Positions 53,880 to 60,691 of a stretch of 60,691 nt of DNA are shown piece after piece; position 1 is the stretch's first letter; every line of letters begins with the position of its first letter. A program made the translations under genes and the position numbers. The notes beneath the pieces are model-generated. The model had not been told where the DNA came from, searched no databases, and saw only the letters and a list, made by a program, of their open reading frames with translations. The DNA lies in the NCBI GenBank assembly GCA_964603935.1, contig CAZRWL010000004.1:1-60691 (forward strand), given 5' to 3'. The stretch is from an uncultured Gammaproteobacteria bacterium (GTDB lineage Bacteria; Patescibacteriota; Microgenomatia; Levybacterales; UBA12049).

Positions 53880-55052
53880 TCATTCTGCCTCCCTCGACCA
53901 AAAATGTACTCTCCTGCGCACAATATTTCTAGCTTTTCTGAAAGCTTTAATTGGAGCAAGATTATCAAGTAAGGGAGTTATGTCCACATAGATATCACCA
54001 CGTGGATTAGCATATTCGTTAGGTCTTAATGCGTTAACCTGACTATGATACTCAATTGGCTTATGCGTTAAGCATCCGCTATCAATAACTTCCGGCATCA
54101 CCCCATAACTATTAACCTCTATATCCAAAAAGGCTATTCTATCAATCCAAACTCTACCTAGCCTATCATACGCCATTACCCATTCTACTGGTCGTCCATT
54201 AAGAGATGCTATGTAAGTTTCTAGCGTGAATACTTCTGGGGGCTGTCTTGAAACATCTGTTCTAACCGGAGGATTTTTAAAACTGGGAACAAATGCTTTT
54301 AGCGTAGGATCGGAAAAGTCAAAACTTCTAAATCTTGCTGACAAATTTGCATTTTTCCCAAATATCTCTTGCTTTAAATAACCTGGTTGATATTTCTGGA
54401 ATTGTTTTAGCACGCCTTTATCATCGTACCTCTTAATTTCCTTATCAAAAGTGTACCATTCCGCCTGTGAGTTAGTTAGTCTTCCTTTGTTCGTTGATAA
54501 TCCAAAATATTTCTCTATAAGTCCTGTTCCATAACGGCTTTTACGGGTACGATCAGCACTATATTGCATTATGTACCTAATTATATTTTCATGTGATTTT
54601 GCTTCTTGTGTGTAATGTATCCCCGTTCCCTTACTATAACCACCAGGTCCGTCACCAGACGTAGTCCTCCAAGTTTTACCACTTACTGACTCAACAACAA
54701 CCCTTGGCAGCAGTTTTCCCGTATATGAATCTTCGTAAAACATAATTAATGTTCCGCCAAAATTACCAGGCAATGCTACAAAGAAATTTCTTTTTCCAAT
54801 CGTGAGTAAATTAACTGGCTTAAGTTCTTCTTTGGATAAAAGTGTTCTTGTTAGCTCAAGTTGGTTTGGATCATGAACTGCTTGTTCTATTTTATGATTC
54901 TCTTCAGAGGTTAGTGGTCTTACCATGTAGGGTTTTAGGAATTCGCCATTTGAGCGATCGGATTCTCCAATGCCTGCGCCTTTCGGAAATATTCTTCCCA
55001 AAAAACGATCCAAATGTCCTTTATTTTCTTTTTGAACGTCACCCTCTGCCAT
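53880..55052 (-). CDS. Hypothetical protein
   Basis: About 390-aa ORF; TGTTATACT -10 just upstream of MAEGD; motif-like S.SG..WR, YSKG, GRVWI, NSYG. Confidence 0.75.
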   Translation of the reverse strand: MAEGDVQKENKGHLDRFLGRIFPKGAGIGESDRSNGEFLKPYMVRPLTSEENHKIEQAVHDPNQLELTRTLLSKEELKPVNLLTIGKRNFFVALPGNFGGTLIMFYEDSYTGKLLPRVVVESVSGKTWRTTSGDGPGGYSKGTGIHYTQEAKSHENIIRYIMQYSADRTRKSRYGTGLIEKYFGLSTNKGRLTNSQAEWYTFDKEIKRYDDKGVLKQFQKYQPGYLKQEIFGKNANLSARFRSFDFSDPTLKAFVPSFKNPPVRTDVSRQPPEVFTLETYIASLNGRPVEWVMAYDRLGRVWIDRIAFLDIEVNSYGVMPEVIDSGCLTHKPIEYHSQVNALRPNEYANPRGDIYVDITPLLDNLAPIKAFRKARNIVRRRVHFWSREAE

Positions 55053-55157
55053 ACACATAAAGTATAACATACCGCTTACAAAAAGTTGGTTGGGGAATTT
55101 TGCCCCCATAAAATACCCCTTGACAAACAACGTAAAGTACAATACAATGTACTATGT

Positions 55158-55451
55158 ATGTTACAGATCGTAAATATTACCGATGCGAGGAATAACTTAG
55201 CAAAGCTTATTGAGAAAATAAAAATTACCAAAGAACCCGTTGTCATAGTTCAGGATAGTACTCCTTCTGTTGTTTTGTACCCTTATGACGAAATGGTAAA
55301 ACAGGAACAAGAAAGAAATCAGCTTTTCAAACTAAGATTCGAGAAGATATTCAACGAAGGAAAAGAATCTTTCAAAAAATATCTTCAGAAAAAATCAATA
55401 CGGAATCCCCGTTCAGAAGATAAAGCCTACTCAATTATAAAAAATGCATAA
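55158..55451 (+). CDS. Phd/YefM family antitoxin
   Basis: VNITDARNNLAKLI..EPVVI; palindrome AGTACA-N6-TGTACT at 55136-53. Confidence 0.85.
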   Translation: MLQIVNITDARNNLAKLIEKIKITKEPVVIVQDSTPSVVLYPYDEMVKQEQERNQLFKLRFEKIFNEGKESFKKYLQKKSIRNPRSEDKAYSIIKNA

Positions 55452-55839
55452 GGCCGTTGTGGATACAAATGTATTTATTTCCAGTATTCTATTTGGCGGA
55501 AATCCCCAGAGAATAATCGAAGCATGGCTTAATCAAAAATACATATTTTGCTTATCTCCACAATTAAAAGCAGAAATTCTTAACAAATTACAGAAAAAAT
55601 TTTTATTATCTAATCAAAAACTGCAAGATATTGAAGAAGCGCTGGATGCCAAAACAGAAAAATATATTCCCAAAAAAAAGCTTTTTATCTGCAAAGATGC
55701 TGCGGATAATTTCCTTATTGAGCTCGCGCAAGAAGCTCAAGCAAACTATCTAATAAGCGGAGACAAACTTGTCCTAAAGATTAGGCAATATAATAAAACA
55801 CAAATCATCTCCCCAAAAGATTTTCTAGAATCACTCTAA
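55444..55839 (+). CDS. PIN domain toxin (TIGR00305-like)
   Basis: VVDTNVFIS, CKD.ADN, LISGDK. Confidence 0.9.
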   Translation: MHKAVVDTNVFISSILFGGNPQRIIEAWLNQKYIFCLSPQLKAEILNKLQKKFLLSNQKLQDIEEALDAKTEKYIPKKKLFICKDAADNFLIELAQEAQANYLISGDKLVLKIRQYNKTQIISPKDFLESL

Positions 55840-55865
55840 AACACTCTTTTAGCTTATCATTATGG

Positions 55866-56612
55866 CTAATTATTTTGTTTTATTTGATCGTATATTTTTA
55901 AAAGTGGCTCCTCCCAGCCAAAACAAGTTTCCTGATTCAAAAGTAATTTAAAAGACTCAATGCATAAGGGTTCTAATTTTGCATATTCCTGAAGCACGCC
56001 AATCGCTTCTTCAATAAAACCGCCAACAGTCCCATTAGAATCATCTACCCCTCCTGATGTTAATTTTTTATCCAGCCGTAAAAGTAGTTTAACTATTAAT
56101 CCTGAAGTCTCAATATTTACAGGTAATTCAGAAATAATCGCAGATAAACGATTACAGCCTTCGGAAAGAGAATTCTGATAAGCGAACCAGATTTTGGAGG
56201 GACCGTTATACGGCTTAATATATTTAATTGCCATGCTTAATGACTTCTCAATGGTTACTAATTGCTCTTTGGAAAGTTTACCATGTTTCCCGCTGCATTT
56301 GGGACGACGCAAGACTTCTTTATCTTCTTTCTTAAGAGGTTTTCCGCCTAAAACAGCATGAATTGCCAAAGCCACCATATGCTTACACAGTGTGTCGTTT
56401 TGACCAAGATAACATTCGCAACTGCCGTCGTCATATTGGCCATTTGCAACAAAAACACTATAAGGACTTGTGCCAAGCACTATTGCCGAAAAGCCATCCA
56501 GCTCCTCTTTAAAATCTTTTACTTTTCCGCTTTCATACAAGCCAATAGCTTTATGATAAGTAGATTCATCTGTAGCAAATTTAATTTTATTAAGATCAAA
56601 ACGCGGTTTCAT
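55866..56612 (-). CDS. SWIM zinc-finger protein
   Basis: CEC-x8-CKHMVA; GGVDDSNG. Confidence 0.85.
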   Translation of the reverse strand: MKPRFDLNKIKFATDESTYHKAIGLYESGKVKDFKEELDGFSAIVLGTSPYSVFVANGQYDDGSCECYLGQNDTLCKHMVALAIHAVLGGKPLKKEDKEVLRRPKCSGKHGKLSKEQLVTIEKSLSMAIKYIKPYNGPSKIWFAYQNSLSEGCNRLSAIISELPVNIETSGLIVKLLLRLDKKLTSGGVDDSNGTVGGFIEEAIGVLQEYAKLEPLCIESFKLLLNQETCFGWEEPLLKIYDQIKQNN

Positions 56613-56804
56613 ACCAGCGGATTATAGCAGAATTTTAAATCTAAAGCGGTTTGGTTTAGGGAATTTAATCTCCCTTTTTAAAAAACTTGACAAATTTTGC
56701 CGATCGGAAGTTTTTGTCTGCAAGATAACGAACGGAATTTACAACTTCATGGAAAAGAATTGTCAGATTTAGCCTGACACCTTTAAGGTGTAAAGCTAAA
56801 TCAC

Positions 56805-57188
56805 TTAGGCTTTGAGCAGGGAAAGATTATATTTCCAAATCTTTTTATCAGTTGTAATAAAAGTTAAGTTTTCTGCTCTCGCTTGAGAAATAAGCATTCT
56901 GTCAAATGGATCCCTATGATTCTTATGCAAAGATAGCCTATTAAACTCCAAGACATGAATCAAATTAATGTCTAGAATTTTGAAGCCTGCAATTTCAAAG
57001 CACTTGCTTAGCGTAGTCTTCAAAGGAAGTTTGCCGACCCTATTCTTTATGCTTATTTCCCATGCGCTTGCAATACTAATAAAAATTTGATTCTCGAAAT
57101 CCTTAATAATCTCTTTTATATCCTCTTTCAATTTTTTATCCCCATTCAAAGACCAAAGGAAAATGTTTGTATCAAGAAGGTATTGCAT
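56805..57188 (-). CDS. VapC/PIN toxin
   Basis: YLLDTNIFLW, SAWE, HRDPFDRMLISQA, TD. Confidence 0.93.
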   Translation of the reverse strand: MQYLLDTNIFLWSLNGDKKLKEDIKEIIKDFENQIFISIASAWEISIKNRVGKLPLKTTLSKCFEIAGFKILDINLIHVLEFNRLSLHKNHRDPFDRMLISQARAENLTFITTDKKIWKYNLSLLKA

Positions 57189-57192
57189 TACT

Positions 57193-57426
57193 TCACTCTC
57201 CGTAAAAAAGCTTATTTATCTCTTCATCCTCATCATTAAAATTATCCGGAACAAAAATTTTCCCTTTTAGCAAACCCAACTTTCGAGGTTTTAGTTTTTC
57301 TTTATAAGCTACTATTTTTGCTACCGGCTTGCCTGCTTTGGCTATTATCACATCTTCTCCTGCTAAAGTCATTGCTATGAGCTTGGAAAGATTTGTTTTT
57401 GCCTGATGGATATTCATTATTTGCAT
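57193..57426 (-). CDS. Phd/YefM family antitoxin
   Basis: NIHQAKTNLSKL, GEDVIIAKAGKPVA; operator CTTAGCTAA-C-TTAGCTAAG at 57438-56. Confidence 0.93.
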   Translation of the reverse strand: MQIMNIHQAKTNLSKLIAMTLAGEDVIIAKAGKPVAKIVAYKEKLKPRKLGLLKGKIFVPDNFNDEDEEINKLFYGE

Positions 57427-57499
57427 AATTATATAATCTTAGCTAACTTAGCTAAGTTTATAACATGAGAAAGCAGTTTGTCAAGCGGCAAATCGAAAA

Positions 57500-57625
57500 T
57501 TATTTCTGAATTTGCTTCCAAAGCCAAACGCCCAACAAAATTAAATCTACAAGAACAACGAATCCAAAAAGCGATCCGAAAATTCCTACTCCTCCCATCA
57601 TTCCCGGATATCCCCAGTTCATCAT
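57500..57625 (-). CDS. Small Met/Gly-rich single-TM protein, 41 aa (not in ORF track)
   Basis: MMNWGYPGMMGGVGIFGSLFGFVVLVDLILLGVWLWKQIQK*; SD GGGGGTGA. Confidence 0.75.
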   Translation of the reverse strand: MMNWGYPGMMGGVGIFGSLFGFVVLVDLILLGVWLWKQIQK

Positions 57626-57667
57626 ATTTATCACCCCCTTTCAGGCAATGCCGCAAATGCATCTTAA

Positions 57668-58177
57668 CTATTCAGGTTTCTTCCTTAAATACAACATTGA
57701 TCCTAAAATAAGGACTAGTGAAATAACAACCGGCACAAAAACAGGACCTACCCAAGGAACCGGCAGAAGGAAAAAAATATCTAAATCCTGTAAATTAGCA
57801 GGCCAGTTGATAATCAGTTTCAAAAAGATGTAATAAAAAATATCCCAGACGCCAAAAGCCAAAAAGAAAAAAGCCAATATCTTTTTAAAATCTTCGGCTG
57901 CCAAAATTGCAACAGATGCCAGCATCACCAAAGTTGCTCCTTCCCTCACCATTTCTATGTTTAAGATTGCCGTATCCTTAATAATTTTCAATGCCGTGTC
58001 CGGCTGCAAAAAGGCAATTCCCGGAAGCAATAATAAAGTTTCTCCTTTGCCAATCTGTGAATATGAAGCTCCCAGCAGGTGGCGTAAGTAAACTACAACT
58101 GAAGCTTCCACAAAAGCAAAAGCTACAGAAAACACAGCAACTTTCAAAACTGTCCTTAAAATAATATTAGCTCGCAT
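57668..58177 (-). CDS. Conserved membrane protein
   Basis: EASVVVYLR, E..RE.AT, WDIFYY, DIFFLLPVPW. Confidence 0.8.
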   Translation of the reverse strand: MRANIILRTVLKVAVFSVAFAFVEASVVVYLRHLLGASYSQIGKGETLLLLPGIAFLQPDTALKIIKDTAILNIEMVREGATLVMLASVAILAAEDFKKILAFFFLAFGVWDIFYYIFLKLIINWPANLQDLDIFFLLPVPWVGPVFVPVVISLVLILGSMLYLRKKPE

Positions 58178-58842
58178 TACATTATTCTACGCTCTCTAAA
58201 ATATTCATATATGCTTGGCCAAATAAATCCTAGACTTGCCGCAAAAATCAATTCTTCAAGCGGCACGCCAAAGATAAAAATTCCCCATAAAGCTTTAAGA
58301 TTCCAGACTCGCTCTACGTAGCCCGGAAACATTGCAATAAGTAAAACGAAATATGCAAAATATATAATAGTGCTGGCACATAGGCTTGTAAGCATTCTTC
58401 TTCTTAACTCAGGTCTAACAAAGTAAGAAATTAATCCGCCGATTGTCATTGCAATAATCGCAGAATAGATATGGTTAATCTTTGCTGTAAATAATAAAAA
58501 AATAAAAGTTACTGGTCCTAAAAGAAGACTAAACACAAGACGCTTGCCTCTTGCCGATGACTTAACCATTGAAGGAAAAACCAAATTATAAACCACTACG
58601 GCAATACCCCCAGTGCTAAAAGAAAAAATCACGCTCTCTATATCAAAATTGAACGGAAGACTGAAGATTGATTGGGGTTTCCAATATTCCGGAACCCAAA
58701 GCGGTTGAGTAAACCCGAACAGCGATATCCACAAACTAAAAGTGAGCATTTCTTTCCGTTTTTCTTTGCTCGAATAAGAATAGATAATTACCCAAACAAT
58801 CAAAGAAAAGGAACTCCAAATAAGCCACGCGTATTGCTGCAT
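58177..58842 (-). CDS. Lycopene-cyclase-domain (CrtYc/d-like) membrane protein
   Basis: Duplicated domain: PEYW...DIES and W....GVPLEE. Confidence 0.75.
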   Translation of the reverse strand: MQQYAWLIWSSFSLIVWVIIYSYSSKEKRKEMLTFSLWISLFGFTQPLWVPEYWKPQSIFSLPFNFDIESVIFSFSTGGIAVVVYNLVFPSMVKSSARGKRLVFSLLLGPVTFIFLLFTAKINHIYSAIIAMTIGGLISYFVRPELRRRMLTSLCASTIIYFAYFVLLIAMFPGYVERVWNLKALWGIFIFGVPLEELIFAASLGFIWPSIYEYFRERRIM

Positions 58843-58843
58843 A

Positions 58844-59392
58844 TCAAGTTTTCTTCTTCTGCCTTGATTGTTTGTCGGCTAACGGCAGGATATATCTATC
58901 TAACCCGTACCAGCCCGCAGTTTTCCAAGCAAGAATTATGAAAATTTGGAAAAACAATAATGTTGGATTTGTGCTTACAGTTCCCGCAAAAAGGTAATTA
59001 AAGTTCATGAATGCTCCAAAAAATGCTGCGAGTCCCGTAAATGCGCCCAAAATTAAAGCAATTCCCACAAAAAGCTCTCCGAAAGAAACTAAATATGAAA
59101 ATACTTCGGCGTTGGGCAAAGCTACTGCTTTTATAAAATCAGCATACCAGCCTGCAACACTTGGATGAGCTCCCGCTGTTTTAGCCAGTGCTCCATTCAA
59201 AAAACCCGTTATAGCTGCTCCTGCTTTGTCTCCTACCCATACGGGATTTATAACTTTTTCCCATCCGGCAACAAGCCATTGCCATCCAACATAAATTCTA
59301 ATGACAAACCACAGCCACGAAACTCTTTTGTCCGAAAAAAGAAAACGAAATATTGCCGGCTGCGGAATATCCACTATACTGTTTTTATTCAC
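58844..59392 (-). CDS. DoxX/DoxD family membrane protein
   Basis: RIYVGWQWLVAGWEK, GELFVGIALILG, GLD; SD AAGGAGGTGA before the GTG at 59392. Confidence 0.9.
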   Translation of the reverse strand: MNKNSIVDIPQPAIFRFLFSDKRVSWLWFVIRIYVGWQWLVAGWEKVINPVWVGDKAGAAITGFLNGALAKTAGAHPSVAGWYADFIKAVALPNAEVFSYLVSFGELFVGIALILGAFTGLAAFFGAFMNFNYLFAGTVSTNPTLLFFQIFIILAWKTAGWYGLDRYILPLADKQSRQKKKT

Positions 59393-59434
59393 GTCGATCA
59401 CCTCCTTCTTTATTTATCTTACGCTATTTACTTT

Positions 59435-60103
59435 TTAAATTGCAACTTTACGAACCGGTTGATGACTCTGATCCCTATACGCATCGAAAATCTTGATCAC
59501 ATCCTTATCGTTAACTTGCGCAAAATTTTCGTAATAAGATCCGACCGATCCAAAGAATTCACCATCCGATGGCATTTCAAGCGTAACCAACTTGTCTGCA
59601 TCTTTTCTGATAATTTCCGCTGTTGATTTTGGAATTATCGGAACAGCAACAATAAGCCTTAAGGGATTGGAATGCTTAATTTCCTTAATTGCGACTCGCA
59701 ACGTTAGTCCTGTTGCCGCCCCATCATCGACAACGATAGCTATTTTCCCCTCCGGAGACATCGTACTATTCCCACGCAAATACTTCTCTCTCCTCCTTGC
59801 AGCTTCTTGGCGCTGTCTTTCTATTTCTTCCTCCAGCCAATTATCGTCGATCAACGCTAATTCACATGCGTTAATAGTGTGTCCATTTGCTGCAGCTGCT
59901 GCAATTGCGTACTCAGGATTACGCGGATGGCTAATTTTCTTTACGATTACCAAATCAAGGGGAACAGAAAGGCTCTTTACTATTTCAGCGCCTATTATTA
60001 TACCGCCTCTCGGAATGGCGTAAACAACAACTTCCTTACCTGCATACTGCTTTAATCTTTCCGCAAGCAATTGTCCCGCCTGCGTTCTATCTTTAAAATA
60101 CAT
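59435..60103 (-). CDS. Type I phosphoribosyltransferase family protein
   Basis: FKDRTQAG, IPRGG, IVVDDGAATG, VAVP. Confidence 0.9.
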   Translation of the reverse strand: MYFKDRTQAGQLLAERLKQYAGKEVVVYAIPRGGIIIGAEIVKSLSVPLDLVIVKKISHPRNPEYAIAAAAANGHTINACELALIDDNWLEEEIERQRQEAARRREKYLRGNSTMSPEGKIAIVVDDGAATGLTLRVAIKEIKHSNPLRLIVAVPIIPKSTAEIIRKDADKLVTLEMPSDGEFFGSVGSYYENFAQVNDKDVIKIFDAYRDQSHQPVRKVAI

Positions 60104-60355
60104 ATATTCTTAGACTTCACCCAGTCTAATAATTAACTTATTTATTGTCAATAAAGTAGGAAAACCGGAAAAGGAGTGGAAAATTGTCTGAAAAATGTCC
60201 AGATTTCGTCAAGCTATCCTTGAAACTCTCGAATACAATACTGACATGAGCGAGGAAGATAGAAAATACTTAAGATCAGCAATAAAAATGAGACCAAGCT
60301 TGGAAATTTTCCAAAAGATGGTTTATATTTTAAGGAAAACGCGGGAAAAAACAGA

Positions 60356-60691
60356 TCAACTGTTAAATATTTCTTTAGTTATTTCCTCTCTGGATTTGAG
60401 GAAAAAATAGCCAACTGTTCCAAAAGTAATTAATGGAGAAAGCCATGTGGGAATATGATACCCAAAACTATCCAAAATCATAATTGCTCCTAAGAAGAAT
60501 ATCGAATACATTGCTCCATTTTTTAGATATTTATACTTCTTTATTCGCTCGATATTACTTATTGTCAGTTTTCGCAAAACAAATGCGCCAAGACCATTGC
60601 CCAAAAGAATTAGAGGTATGGAAAAAGTAAAGGCAAATGCTCCTATCACTCCGTCTATTGAAAACGTTGAATCCAAAACCTCAAGATATGC
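60356..60691 (-). CDS. DUF475/TerC-like membrane protein, 3' part (runs off window)
   Basis: YLEVLDSTFSIDGVIGAFA, GLGAFVLR, YLKNGAMYSI. Confidence 0.85.
   Translation of the reverse strand, partial: AYLEVLDSTFSIDGVIGAFAFTFSIPLILLGNGLGAFVLRKLTISNIERIKKYKYLKNGAMYSIFFLGAIMILDSFGYHIPTWLSPLITFGTVGYFFLKSREEITKEIFNS

Noticed and set aside
56766-56802. Long hairpin after vapC as an integron attC site
   Set aside because: No RYYYAAC/GTTRRRY ends and no integrase; better explained as a terminator or CACCT-N3-AGGTG repeat.
108-60023. Numerous 60-200 aa ORFs antisense to or nested in identified genes
   Set aside because: Shadow ORFs with no motifs, fully overlapping well-supported CDSs.
60195-60410. 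71-aa plus-strand ORF
   Set aside because: No recognisable motif and it overlaps the DUF475-like gene; possible but unsupported.
1-60691. Recoded UGA (genetic code 25 or 4)
   Set aside because: TGA terminates intact genes such as hisS, copZ and rpsR, and long genes have no internal TGA.

Overview
Chromosomal window from an AT-rich, reduced-genome bacterium using the standard code 11 (TGA terminates hisS and others). The gene repertoire, the many SD-less or leaderless genes and the orphan genes point to Patescibacteria/CPR (Microgenomatia, Levybacteria-like); this is inference, not a database result. Housekeeping backbone: yebC, rluA-family, pepN, tRNA-Leu(CAA), dnaB, pepP, hisS, rpmE-prfA, murB-htrA-ctpA, rpsF-ssb-rpsR and ychF. 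Accessory content: four type II toxin-antitoxin pairs, a Fic protein, a large CsoR-headed copper/redox operon and many single-gene orphans. Most notable: (1) an apparently multi-layer-regulated cluster of TrpR/HisR-like repressor, leader-peptide attenuator (Tyr-His-Tyr-Tyr control codons), type I PRTase-like gene with a prfB-like +1 frameshift site, LOG/SLOG gene, a three-hairpin RNA switch, a second PRTase-like gene and hisS; (2) several families of small palindromic elements and 7-bp-period arrays inserted in frame inside conserved proteins; (3) three tandem stand-alone Clp N-domain genes; (4) a 656-aa orphan with a C-terminal RelE-like domain; (5) synonymously diverged relics of neighbouring gene ends that record how orphan genes were acquired. 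No CRISPR array, rRNA, transposase or integrase was seen. All calls come from reading motifs by eye; no searches were run.
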